DNA from: Eledone cirrhosa | Lineage: Eukaryota | NCBI GenBank assembly: GCA_964016885.1 | Contig: OZ024745.1 | Location: 5,270,001 to 5,334,000, forward strand | DNA length: 64,000 nt | Reading direction: 5' to 3' | In this document: positions 30,001-43,100 of the stretch, in pieces | Layout: the number at the start of each line of letters is the position of its first letter | Position numbering within the stretch: the stretch's first letter is position 1 | Made by a program: the position numbers and the translations under genes | The notes under the pieces: generated by a model | Told to the model about the DNA's origin: nothing | Seen by the model: the letters and a program-made list of their open reading frames with translations, nothing else | The model's database searches: none

Positions 30001-33000
30001 AGTATACTAGGTAGAGATAGTAGTATACTAGGCAGAGATAGTAGTATACTAGTAGAGATAGTACTATACTAGGTAGATATAGTAGTATACTAGGTAGAGA
30101 TAGTAGTATACTAGGTAGAGATAGTAGTATACTAGGTAGTGATAGTAGTATACTAGGTAGAGATAGTAGTATACTAGGTAGAAATAGTTGTATACAAGGT
30201 AACGATAGTAGTACACTAGGTTGTGATAGTAGTATACTAGGTAGGGATAGTAGTGTACTAGGTAGAGATAGTAGTATACTAGGTAGATAGTAGTATACTA
30301 GGTAGATATAGTAGTATACTAGGTAGAGATAGTAGTATACGAGGTAGAGATGGTAGTATACTAGGTAGGGATAGTAGTGTACTAGGTAGAGATAGTACTA
30401 TACTAGGTAGAGATGGTAGTATACTAGGTAGAGATAGTAGTATACTAGGTAGATAGTAGTATACTAGGTAGATATAGTAGTATACTAGGTAGAGATAGTA
30501 GTGTACTAGGTAGAGATAGTAGTATACTAGGTAGAGATGGTAGTATACTAGGTAGAGATAGTACTATACTAGGTAGAGATAGTAGTATACCAGGTAGAGA
30601 TAGTAGTATACTAGGTAGAGATGCTAGTATACTAGGTGGAGATGGTAGTATACTAGGTAGAGATAGTAGTATACTAGGTAGAGATAGTAGTATACTTGGT
30701 AGAGATAGTACTATACTAGGTAGAGATAGTAGTATACCAGGTAGAGATAGTAGTATACTAGGTAGAGATAGTAGTATACTAGGTAGAGATAGTAGTATAC
30801 TAGGTAAAGATAGTAGTATACTAGGTAGATAGTAGTATACTAGGTATAGATAGTAGTATACTAGGTAGAGATAGTAGTATACTAGGTAGAGATGGTAGTA
30901 TACTAGGTAAAGATGGTAGTATACTAGGTATAGATGGTAGTATACTAGGTAGAGATAGTACTATACTAGGTAGAGATAGTAGTATACTAAGTAGAGTTAG
31001 TAGTATACTAGGTAGAGATAGTAGTATTCTAGGTAGAGATAGTAGTATACCAGGTAAAGATAGTAGTATACTAGGTAGATAGTAGTATACTAGGTATAGA
31101 TAGTAGTATACTAGGTAGAGATAGTACTATACTAGGTAGAGATGGTAGTATACTAGGTAGAGATAGCAGTATAGTAGGTAGATATAGTAGTATACTAGGT
31201 AGAGATACTAGTGTACTAGGGAGAGATAGTAGTATACTAGGTAGAGATAGTAGTATACTAGGTAGAGATGGTAGTATACTAGGTAGAGATAGTAGTATAC
31301 TAGGTAGAGATAGCAGTATAGTAGGTAGATATAGTAGTATACTAGGTAGAGATAGTAGTATACTAGGTAGTGATAGTAGTATACTAGGTAGAGCTAGTAC
31401 TATACTAGGTAGAGATAGTAGTGTACTAGGGAGAGATAGTAGTATACTAGGTAGAGATAGTAGTATACTAGGTAGAGATGGTAATATACTAGGTAGAGAT
31501 AGTAGTATACTAGGTAGAGATAGTACTATACTAGGTAGAGATAGTACTATACTAGGTAGAGATGGTAGTATACTAGGTAGAGATAGCAGTATAGTAGGTA
31601 GATATAGTAGTATACTAGGTATAGATACTAGTGTACTAGGGAGAGATAGTAGTATACTAGGTAGAGATAGTAGTATACTAGGTAGACATAGTAGTATACT
31701 AGGTAGAGATAGTAGTATACTAGGTAGAGATAGCAGTATAGTAGGTAGATATAGTAGTATACTAGGTAGAGATAGTAGTATACTAGGCAGAGATAGTAGT
31801 ATACTAGTAGAGATAGTAGTATACTAGGTAGAGATAGTAGTATACTAGGTAGAGATGGTAGTATACTAGGTAGAGATGGTAATATACTAGGTAGAGATAG
31901 TAGTATACTAGGTAGAGATAGTAGTATACTAGGTAGAGATAGTAGTATATTAGGTAGAGATAGTAGTGTACTAGGGAGAGATGGTAGTATACTAGGTAGA
32001 GATAGTACTATTCTAGGTAGATATAGTAGTATACTAGGTAGAGATAGTAGTATACTAGGCAGAGATAGTAGTATACTAGTAGAGATAGTACTATACTAGG
32101 TAGATATAGTAGTATACTAGGTAGAGATAGTAGTATACTAGGTAGAGATAGTAGTATACTAGGTAGTGATAGTAGTATACTAGGTAGAGATAGTAGTATA
32201 CTAGGTAGAAATAGTTGTATACAAGGTAACGATAGTAGTACACTAGGTTGTGATAGTAGTATACTAGGTAGGGATAGTAGTGTACTAGGTAGAGATAGTA
32301 GTATACTAGGTAGATAGTAGTATACTAGGTAGATATAGTAGTATACTAGGTAGAGATAGTAGTATACGAGGTAGAGATGGTAGTATACTAGGTAGGTATA
32401 GTAGTGTACTAGGTAGAGATAGTACTATACTAGGTAGAGATGGTAGTATACTAGGTAGAGATAGTAGTATACTAGGTAGATAGTAGTATACTAGGTAGAT
32501 ATAGTAGTATACTAGGTAGAGATAGTAGTGTACTAGGTAGAGATAGTAGTATACTAGGTAGAGATGGTAGTATACTAGGTAGAGATAGTACTATACTAGG
32601 TAGAGATAGTAGTATACCAGGTAGAGATAGTAGTATACTAGGTAGAGATGCTAGTATACTAGGTGGAGATGGTAGTATACTAGGTAGAGATAGTAGTATA
32701 CTAGGTAGAGATAGTAGTATACTAGGTATAGATAGTAGTATACTAGGTAGAGATAGTACTATACTAGGTAGAGATAGTAGTATACCAGGTAGAGATAGTA
32801 GTATACTAGGTACAGATAGTAGTATACTAGGTAGAGATAGTAGTATACTAGGTGTAGATGGTAGTATACTAGGTAGAGATGGTAGTATACTAGGTATAGA
32901 TGGTAGTATACTAGGTAGAGATAGTACTATACTAGGTAGAGATAGTAGTATACTAAGTAGAGTTAGTAGTATACTAGGTAGAGATAGTAGTATTCTAGGT

Positions 33001-36000
33001 AGAGATAGTAGTATACCAGGTAAAGATAGTAGTATACTAGGTAGATAGTAGTATACTAGGTATAGATAGTAGTATACTAGGTAGAGATAGTACTATACTA
33101 GGTAGAGATGGTAGTATACTAGGTAGAGATAGCAGTATAGTAGGTAGATATAGTAGTATACTAGGTAGAGATACTAGTGTACTAGGGAGAGATAGTAGTA
33201 TACTAGGTAGAGATAGTAGTATACTAGGTAGAGATGGTAGTATACTAGGTAGAGATAGTAGTATACTAGGTAGAGATAGCAGTATAGTAGGTAGATATAG
33301 TAGTATACTAGGTAGAGATAGTAGTATACTAGGTAGTGATAGTAGTATACTAGGTAGAGCTAGTACTATACTAGGTAGAGATAGTAGTGTACTAGGGAGA
33401 GATAGTAGTATACTAGGTAGAGATAGTAGTATACTAGGTAGAGATAGTAGTATACTAGGTAGAGATGGTAGTATACTAGGTAGAGATGGTAATATACTAG
33501 GTAGAGATAGTAGTATACTAGGTAGAGATAGTACTATACTAGGTAGAGATGGTAGTATACTAGGTAGAGATAGCAGTATAGTAGGTAGATATAGTAGTAT
33601 ACTAGGTAGAGATAGTAGTATACTAGGTAGAGTTAGTAGTATACTAGGTAGAGATAGTAGTATACTAGGTAGAGATACTAGTGTACTAGGGAGAGATAGT
33701 AGTATACTAGGTAGAGATAGTAGTATACTAGGAAGAGATAGTAGTATACTATGTAGAGATAGTACTATACTAGGTAGAGATAGTAGTGTACTAGGTAGAG
33801 ATAGTACTATACTAGGTAGAGATGGTAGTATACTAGGTAGAGATAGTAGTATACTAGGTAGATAGTAGTATACTAGGTAGAGATAGTACTATACTAGGTA
33901 GAGATGGTAGTATACTAGGTAGAGATAGCAGTATAGTAGGTAGATATAGTAGTATACTAGGTAGAGATAGTAGTATACTAGGTAGAGATAGTACTATACT
34001 AGGTAGAGATAGTAGTGTACTAGGGAGAGATAGTAGTATACTAGGTAGAGATAGTAGTATACTAGGTAGAGATAGTAGTATACTAGGTAGAGATGGTAGT
34101 ATACTAGGTAGAGATGGTAATATACTAGGTAGAGATAGTAGTATACTAGGTAGAGATAGTACTATACTAGGTAGAGATGGTAGTATACTAGGTAGAGATA
34201 GCAGTATAGTAGGTAGATATAGTAGTATACTAGGTAGAGATAGTAGTATACTAGGTAGAGTTAGTAGTATACTAGGTAGAGATAGTAGTATACTAGGTAG
34301 AGATAGTAGTATACGAGGTAGAGATAGTACTATACTAGGTAGAGATGGTAGTATACTAGGTAGAGATAGCAGTATAGTAGGTAGATATAGTAGTATACTA
34401 GGTAGAGATGGTAGTGTACTAGGGAGAGATAGTAGTATACTAGGTAGAGATAGTAGTATACTAGGAAGAGATAGTAGTATACTAGGTAGAGATAGTAGTA
34501 TACTAGGTAGGGATAGTAGTGTACTAGGTAGAGATAGTACTATACTAGGTAGAGATGGTAGTATACTAGGTAGAGATAGTAGTATACTAGGTAGATAGTA
34601 GTATACTAGGTAGATATAGTAGTATACTAGGTAGAGATAGTAGTGTACTAGGTAGAGATAGTAGTATACTAGGTAGAGATGGTAGTATACTAGGTAGAGA
34701 TAGTATACTAGGTAGAGTTAGTAGTATACTAGGTAGAGATGGTAGTATACTAGGTAGAGATAGTACTATACTAGGTAGAGATGCTAGTATACTAGGTAGA
34801 GATGGTAGTATACTAGGTAGAGATAGTAGTATATTAGGTAGAGATAGTAGTGTACTAGGTAGAGATAGTACTATACTGGGTAGAGATAGTAGTATACTAG
34901 TTAGAGATAGTAGTATACTAGGTAGAGATAGCAGTATACTAGGTAGAGATAGTAGTGTACTAGGTAGAGATAGTAGTATACTAGGTATAGATAGTAGTAT
35001 ACTAGGTAGAGATAGTACTATACTAGGTAGAGATAGTAGTATACCAGGTAGAGATAGTAGTATACTAGGTAGAGATAGTAGTATACTAGGTAGAGATAGT
35101 AGTATACTAGGTGTAGATGGTAGTATACTAGGTAGAGATGGTAGTATACTAGGTATAGATGGTAGTATACTAGGTAGAGATAGTACTATACTAGGTAGAG
35201 ATAGTAGTATACTAGGTAGAGTTAGTAGTATACTAGGTAGAGATAGTAGTGCACTAGGTATAGATAGTAGTATACTAGTTAGAGATAGTACTATACTAGG
35301 TAGAGATGGTAGTATACTAGGTAGAGATAGCAGTATAGTAGGTAGATATATTAGTATACTAGGTAGAGATACTAGTGTACTAGGGAGAGATAGTAGTATA
35401 CTAGGTAGAGATAGTAGTATACTAGGTAGAGATGGTAGTATACTAGGTAGAGATAGTAGTATACTAGGTAGAGATAGCAGTATAGTAGGTAGATATAGTA
35501 GTATACTAGGTAGAGATAGTAGTGTACTAGGGAGAGATAGTAGTATACTAGGTAGAGATAGTAGTGTACTAGGGAGAGATAGTAGTATACTAGGTAGAGA
35601 TAGTAGTGTACTAGGGAGAGATAGTAGTATACTAGGTAGAGATAGTAGTATACTAGGTAGAGATAGTAGTATACTAGGTAGAGATGGTAGTATACTAGGT
35701 AGAGATGGTAGTATACTAGGTAGAGATGGTAATATACTAGGTAGACATAGTAGTATACTAGGTAGAGATAGTACTATACTAGGTAGAGATGGTAGTATAC
35801 TATGTAGAGATAGCAGTATAGTAGGTAGATATAGTAGTATACTAGGTAGAGATAGTAGTATACTAGGTAGAGTTAGTAGTATACTAGGTAGATATAGTAG
35901 TATACTAGGGAGAGATGGTAGTATACTAGGGAGAGATGGTAGTATACTAGGTAGAAGCAGTAGTATACTAGGTAGAGATAGTAGTATACTAGGTAGAGAT

Positions 36001-36322
36001 AGTAGTATACTAGGTAGAGTTAGTAGTATACTAGGTAGAGATAGTAGTATACTAGGTAGAGATAGTACTATACTAGGTAGAGATAGTACTATACTAGGGA
36101 GAGATAGTACTATACTAGGGAGAGATGGTAGTATACTAGGTAGAAGCAGTAGTATACTAGGTAGAGATAGTACTATACTAGGTAGAGATAGTAGTATACT
36201 AGGTAGAGATAGTACTATACTAGGTAGAGATAGTATTATACTAGATAGAGATAGTAGTATACTAGGTAGAGATAGTACTATACTAGGTAGAGATAGTATT
36301 ATACTAGGTAGAGATGGCAGTA
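1..36322. repeat. 21-bp tandem satellite array, consensus TAGAGATAGTAGTATACTAGG, running off the left window edge
   Basis: Continuous 21-bp periodicity with point variants and occasional shortened monomers; ends abruptly at ...gagatggcagta|aattgttc. The monomer contains the 10-bp palindrome TAGTATACTA. Confidence 0.98.
6230..30470. repeat. ~12.1-kb higher-order tandem duplication in the 21-bp satellite (copy A ~6230-18360, copy B ~18361-30470)
   Basis: The rare variant GAAATAGTTG occurs at 14696/26827 (offset 12131) and 18071/30181 (offset 12110). Identical ORF-track peptides lie at 17436 and 29546 (offset 12110). The 21-bp offset change matches one monomer missing near 28110 relative to ~15990. 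Confidence 0.88.
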
Positions 36323-37154
36323 AATTGTTCTTTGATAGCCAAACAACTTACAATTGAAGCGATGTTATAATATTTGGATAAAGGATGAATTGTGGATTGT
36401 TTGAGGACTCTGCCCCTCCCTCATGATATAGGAATAAGTGGGGAAGGAAGAATTAGAATTGACAAGAACTCATAACTACAGCTTTTACTTGCCCTATAAA
36501 TTATTGTGGTTTTGGATATAGATAATACTGCCATTGTTTAAATAATTTCAATCTTAAAAACATCTTTTGAATTATTGGTTGCTTCTGGTCAATCTTGCAC
36601 AATATGTCCTTCTTTTTTAAGACAGTAAGGTTTGAGTTGAGGGAGATTTGGCTGCTATTTCTAGCAGTTCAAACAACTACACATAGGTTTTCTTTTGAGT
36701 TTTATTTTCATGTGATATATAGAACCTACAAATAACTATACTATGGAAGATATCCCCAGGATTTAAAGATATTTTTCTTCATTATTATCCCCATCTTCAA
36801 TTCATTTGCTTTTTCTCTGCTTAAATCACCATTTCAACCATACCTGTTATATTTCTCACCATATCTCGTCTGCAATACAATTATACAACTATGTAGCTCC
36901 ACTAATCGTTTTATACTTAGTCATCCTTTCAAACATCAAGAAATGTTTCTGCTTTGCTAATTATTAAGTCCTAAATCCAACAGCATTAGCTGTGTGTAGG
37001 AAATTAAATACAATTATTATGACTCATTATCAAAGATGTATTGAACACTCTACCATTGGGGAATCTACAAAACAGGAGTATTGAGTTTTAATGAGGGAAG
37101 CTTACAATTTCAGTTTAAATACTTTCACCATTACTATCTAGCCTCAACTTTAGT

Positions 37155-37366
37155 TATCTATCTATTAATCTATCTATCTATCTATATTTCTCTCTCTATA
37201 TATCTCTCTCTATATATATCTATCTCTATATATCTATATATCTCTCTCTCTCTATATATATCTATCTCTCTCTCTCTCTATATATATATCTATCTCTATA
37301 TATCTATCTATATATCTCTCTCTCTATATATATATCTCTCTATCTCTCTATATATCTATCTCTCTA

Positions 37367-37397
<31 letters not shown>

Positions 37398-38113
37398 CTA
37401 TATCTATATATCTCTCTATATATATATCTATCTCTCTATATATCTATCTATCTCTCTCTCTCTATATATATATCTATCTCTATATATCTATCTCTCTATA
37501 TATATATCTCTCTCTCTATATATATATATATCTATCTCTCTATATCTCTCTCTATATATATATCTATCTCTATATATCTATCTATATCTCTCTCTATATA
37601 TATATATATATCTCTATCTCTCTATATATCTATCTCTCTCTCTATATATATATATCTCTATATATATATATATATCTATCTCTCTATATATCTCTCTCTA
37701 TATATATCTATCTCTCTATATATCTATCTCTCTATATATCTATCTCTCCCTCTCTCTCTCTATATATATATCTATCTCTATATATCTATCTATATCTCTC
37801 TATATATATATCTATATCTCTCTCTATATATATATCTATATATCTGCCTCTCTCTCTATCTCTCTCTCTTTCTCTCTCTCTCTCTATATATATATATCTA
37901 TATATATCTATCTCTATCTCTCTCTATATATATATCTATCTATTTCTCTCTATATATATCTATCTCTATATATCTATCTATCTCTCTCTCTATATATATA
38001 TATCTATATCTGTCTCTCTATATATATATATATCTATATATCTATCTCTCTCTATATATATCTATCTATATCTCTCTCTCTCTATATATATATATATATC
38101 TATATATCTATCT
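37155..38113. repeat. Compound (TA)n/(TC)n microsatellite, block 1
   Basis: Interleaved TA and TC dinucleotides, T at alternate positions, almost no G on the + strand. Confidence 0.97.
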
Positions 38114-39423
38114 ATAGCGTCCGTCATCTACTACCGCCTGACCGTGGTGCCTTGCCCAAGGCAAATGCTCGCCAAAATGGAGCGTGCACTCTTCCAATTC
38201 CTTTGGAAGAAGCGGGCTCCTATGGTGAGGAGATCCATCTGCTGTCAACACCCTTCGAAAGGAGGGCTGGGGATGCCGTGGCTAATGATACGTAAACACG
38301 CATTAAGGCTACGGCACCTTCAGGTATTCCTCTCCGGTCAACCGGTGTGGGCCCCGTTTGTGAGGCGAGCCTTTCCCAGACTCGTCTCACTCACCGAGCT
38401 GCAATCCTGGGTCAAGCAAAGACCGAGAAAACTGGGCGCCTGGCACACCGAGTGTGCCCAGGCGCTCACGGCTCTCTGGCAGGCGGACCCGGCTGTCAGT
38501 GGAGAATCCACCTCGTCATTCTATAGAGGGCTGGTGGTTAGCAGGTGCGACGACGCCCTCGGAGAAGCCCTAGGCATGGAGGAAGACGAACTGGCCAACC
38601 TGTTCGGTAGGACATTTAGCCCGGGACCCATGGATAACTTCCAGAGGTCCCTGGCCTGGCAATGCTACAGAAGGGCTCTGCCCATTCGAGAAAGGCTCTA
38701 CAGACACGGGCGCCCGGGTAGGGACCCTTCGAAAAAGATTTGTCCCAGATGCGTGTGCGACGAGGAAACCGTTGCACACGCATTGGTACACTGCTCGGGC
38801 ATTGCCGATCTGTGGGGCTATGTCGAACAACTGCTGTCAAGGGTGGGACCAATCCGGTTGACCACCGAGTCTATTGTAACGATCAAGCCGCCTCCCCTCT
38901 TCAAAAACGAAGGAGAGGCGGTGTTTCTGTGCGTAATAGCCATGGCGAAAGAGGTTGTATGGTGGACGCGTCTGAAAGGACTGAGGTCAGGCACCTTTCT
39001 CTCTGGCCAACAACTGGTCCGTTTCTTCCGATATCATTTCGGAAGAAGGATCAGGATGGAGAGAGAGGTGCTGCACCCCAGCCGTTTCTATGAAAGATGG
39101 GTGAAAGTGGCGAGAATGGCCCGTGTGAATGGGCCTTCACTCTACATCAGACTATAGGTGAGGAAGATGAAAGACCAAGGGAGCACCCCTTCTCTGTGCT
39201 CCTGAGGAGAAGGGTTGCTCACTTTTTTCGGGGGTGTGTGCGACCCCCCCCAAGGCGCCTCCTCTCTATTGAGGACTTTGTTATAAATTTTATTTTTTGT
39301 TATATTTTATTTTATTTTTATATATTGTTATTGCCTCCTCCTTATTGAGGACGCCTTGTTTTGTAAACTCCCCCCCCATTGTACTTGTCCCCCTTTTGAT
39401 GCCCTGGTGGCAAATAAAAGAAA
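38114..39423 (+). mobile_element. L1/Tx1-clade non-LTR retrotransposon, copy 1 (5'-truncated; ORF2 C-terminus plus 3' UTR)
   Basis: Colinear with 42589-43896 of copy 2. Open frame 38114-39157 contains KGGLG and the CPRC...HALVHC zinc finger. Ends CAAATAAAAGAAA directly into microsatellite. Confidence 0.95.
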
Positions 39424-39690
39424 CATATCTATATCTCTCTCTCTCTATATATATATCTCTCTATCTCTCTATATATCTATCTCTATATATATATCTCTCT
39501 CTCTCTGTATATATATATATATATATCTATCTCTCTCTCTATATATATCTCTCTCTCTCTATCTCTCTATATATCTATCTCTCTATATATATATATCTAT
39601 CTCTCTATATATCTCTATATATATATATCTCTCTCTCTATATATATATATCTCTCTCTATATGTATATCTATCTCTATATATCTATCTAT
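39424..39690. repeat. Compound (TA)n/(TC)n microsatellite, block 2
   Basis: Same composition as block 1; separates Tx1 copies 1 and 2. Confidence 0.97.
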
Positions 39691-40170
39691 ACACAAATGA
39701 AAAAAAACCCTCCCCAAAACATAACACTGACACCAACACAAAAGAGCTCACAACAGCAAACAAAAAACACCACACAAAAACAAAAACATGCATACACATA
39801 CATAAATACAAGAAACAAAAAACTGTTAAACATTGTGTACAACAACAATCTAATAAAAACACAAGGGCCTAACTTCACCCAGGCAGGGGATTTCCCCCAC
39901 CTCAAAATGATTAAGGCCCCACAGGACACCTATAAAACTTTAAAAAACAATTTTAAAGAGGACGTGGGTCCCCCCTGCGTCGGGCCCATTAACCGCGTCC
40001 TCCTAAAAAACTATCCCACCCCCTCCCCAAACACCCTCACAACTCCAAGCTCCCCAACCACACAACACACTGATGCCCCCACACTTCCACAAACCACCAC
40101 CCCACCCAACAACCCATCCCCCACCCTAATGGAAATTGTGCAGCCCGATACCCGGGACGCAGAGAGGTAA
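39691..40170 (+). CDS. Probable 3' part of retrotransposon ORF1 (5'-truncated; K/T/Q/P-rich)
   Basis: 159 uninterrupted codons ending in TAA at 40168-40170, 24 nt before and in frame with the ORF2 ATG. No diagnostic ORF1 motif is visible, so the call is positional. Confidence 0.55.
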   Translation, partial: TQMKKNPPQNITLTPTQKSSQQQTKNTTQKQKHAYTYINTRNKKLLNIVYNNNLIKTQGPNFTQAGDFPHLKMIKAPQDTYKTLKNNFKEDVGPPCVGPINRVLLKNYPTPSPNTLTTPSSPTTQHTDAPTLPQTTTPPNNPSPTLMEIVQPDTRDAER

Positions 40171-40194
40171 GTGCCTTTTCTCTTCACCACCAAC

Positions 40195-43100
40195 ATGGCT
40201 ATGCTAAGAGTAGGCTGTTTAAATGCGCGTGGCCTGGGTTCAACTTGGAAGCAAGCAATGCTTCTAAATGACCTCAGGTCACAACGTATAGATGTCATGG
40301 TTATTTGCGAGGCCCGGATCAGCAACGTGCGACAGCTGGCCCCCACCTTTGATGACTTTGAGATGCACGCATCTCTCTGTCAGCCCGGAGGTGGGGGTGG
40401 AGTTGTCGTTCTGCTGCAAAAACATCTGGGTCTCGCAACACAGATGGTACATTTGGACCCGGAGGGTCGACTAGTGGTTCTGGACCTTGGCAGTGGTAAA
40501 GGCGGAGCGTTTAGGTTGGTAGCCGCCTACGGCCCTTTCGGGTCAATGCGGCCGGACTTCTTCCATCGACTGGAGACTTTTCTAGGGACGTCCCGCTCCT
40601 TGCTATTAGTGGGGGACTGGAATGGTATCCTAGATGCACGCTGGGACTACGTAGGGGCCTGCCCCGATAGAGAGGGGTGTAATAGCCTCAAAGGGTTAAT
40701 CGGTCGATTTGACCTGGCCGATAGATATCGACTAGATTTTCCGACTGCGCCAACCTGGACTTGGGCAAATCGTAGCGGATCATCTAGGTCGTACCTAGAT
40801 AGGTTCTTAGTTAGAATTAAGGATAAGGACTTTTTAAGTTGTCCAAAAATGCGCATGGTTGGCTATTCAGACCACAAATTAGTGACCTGCATGGTCAACC
40901 TTGACAGAACTCATAGACAGGGCCCCGGTTACTGGAAGCTCAACTTGTCCTTGCCGGCAAGTAGAGCCTACAGGAATCGGATTAGTACGTTAGTTAAGGA
41001 ACGGTTGACTGGAGCGATCGTCAACAGCAGGTGGTGGGTATCTCTAAAGAGAGAGATTAGAGTAGTCTCGATAGAATTTAGTAAGGTTCTAGCTGCGGAT
41101 AGGAATAGGAAGGAAAGGGAGCTAATAGATAGAGTAGAAGAGGCAATTAGAAGCGGCGACGTGGCCAGAGTGCTAGCGTCGAGAACGGCTTTGAGCCAGT
41201 TTTTCGACGCGAAGCACGAAGGCTGCGTTGTCCGAAGTAAAATACGTGCTCTAGGGAACGAGGGGACCAAAGCTGTTAGCTGGGCCCGCGTGACAGAGGC
41301 CAACAGTGGAACTAAATCCACCATCCGGTCTTTGCGAGACCTGGATGGACGGGCGATTCTTGAGCCTAAGCAGATGTGTGAGGCCTTTCAAAGGCACTTT
41401 GCCCGACTGTTCGGGAGGGGCGGGGAGCCGGTTGGGAACGTGGACTTCGGTCCATACCTCGACGGCCTGCCGCGCCTCTCGGACAGGGAGGCGAAGTCCT
41501 GCGAGGAGCCGATTTCGGCCGCTGAGATAGAGGACGTGCTGAGCCAATGCGGCAAACGCAAATCCCCGGGTCTCGATGGTCTTCCTTACGAATTATATCT
41601 AGCTATGCCGGACTTGTTCCCCGATCTCCTCGAGGCGGTCTACTGCAACTGGCAACAGAACGGGAGAATTCCCTGTACTGTGACCAAGGGCGTAGTCACG
41701 CTAGTGAGGAAGGACGAGAACAAGGGGGACGAAATAAGTAACTTCAGGCCCATAACACTGCTAAATACAGAGTTACAGATTTTGGCCAAGGTGCTAGCAA
41801 AGAGGTTGGCGCTTGTCGTGGGCAACCTGGTGGGAGATGCGCAGACATGCGCTATCCCGTCCAGGTCCATCCATGACAACCTCCACCTCATGCGATACAT
41901 CATAGAGAGGGTTGGGAACGAATCCGGCTTTGGTGGGGCTCTGATCAACTTGGATCAATCTAAGGCGTTCGATAGGGTCGACCATGGTTACCTGGATGCG
42001 GTGCTAGCGGCGGCAGGCTTCGGACCCGTTTTCAGGGGCTGGATCACTGCTATGCACAGCAGCCGCATCTGCTCTAGGGTCAAGGTGAACGGCTACCTCT
42101 CGGAGCCGTTCAAAATCGCGCGGTCCATCCGACAAGGGTGCCCTCTCTCCTCCCTTCTGTATGTGTTGACTCTCGAGCCACTACTGCGGAAGTTGGAGTT
42201 GTTGCAGGGCATCCCTTTGGAACCGGGATTGCGGAAAGCGGTGTCGGCCTACGCCGATGACGTGACAGTAATGGTGTCGACGGCCTCCGAAATCGAGGCG
42301 GTCGGCACCTTACTGGAGGAGTACGAAAAGTTCACAGGGGCTAAGCTGAACCGGGACAAGTCGATCGGTTTGCAACTCGGCACGTGGAGGGGCAGACCGA
42401 TGCCCTCCGATAGCGTCGTCGGACGCTGGACGGAGGGCCCGGTGAAGTTGCTCGGGGTCTGGTTCGGACCGGACCTCCAGGTGGAGAAAAACTGGGCGGA
42501 GGTTACGAACAGGGTGTTTGCACTGACCCAGAAGTGGGCCAGTTGCAAACTATCCCTGAAAGGTCGGGCGGAGGTGGCGAACACCTACATAGCGTCCGTC
42601 ATCTACTACCGCCTGACCGTAGTGCCCTGCCCAAGGGAAACCCTCACCAAGATGGAGCGCGCGCTCTTCCAATTCCTTTGGAAGAGGCGGGCTCCTATGG
42701 TGAGGAGATCCATCTGCTGTCAACACCCTTCGAAAGGAGGGCTGGGGATGCCGTGGCTAATGATGCGTAAACACGCATTAAGGCTACGGCACCTCTACGT
42801 ATTCCTCACCGGACAACCGGTATGGGCCTCGTTTGTGAGACGAACCTTTCCCAGACTCGTCTCACTCACCGAGCTGCAATCCTGGGTCAAGCAAAGACCG
42901 AGAAAACTGGGCGCCTGGCACACTGAGTGTGCCCAGGCGCTCACCGCCCTCTGGCAGGCGGATCCGGTTATCAGTGGAGACTCCACCGCAACATTCTATA
43001 GAGGGCTGGTACGCAGCAGGTGCGACGACGCCCTCGGAGAAGCCCTAGACATGGAGGAGGACGAACTGGCCAGCCTGTTCGGTAGGACATTCAGCCCGGG

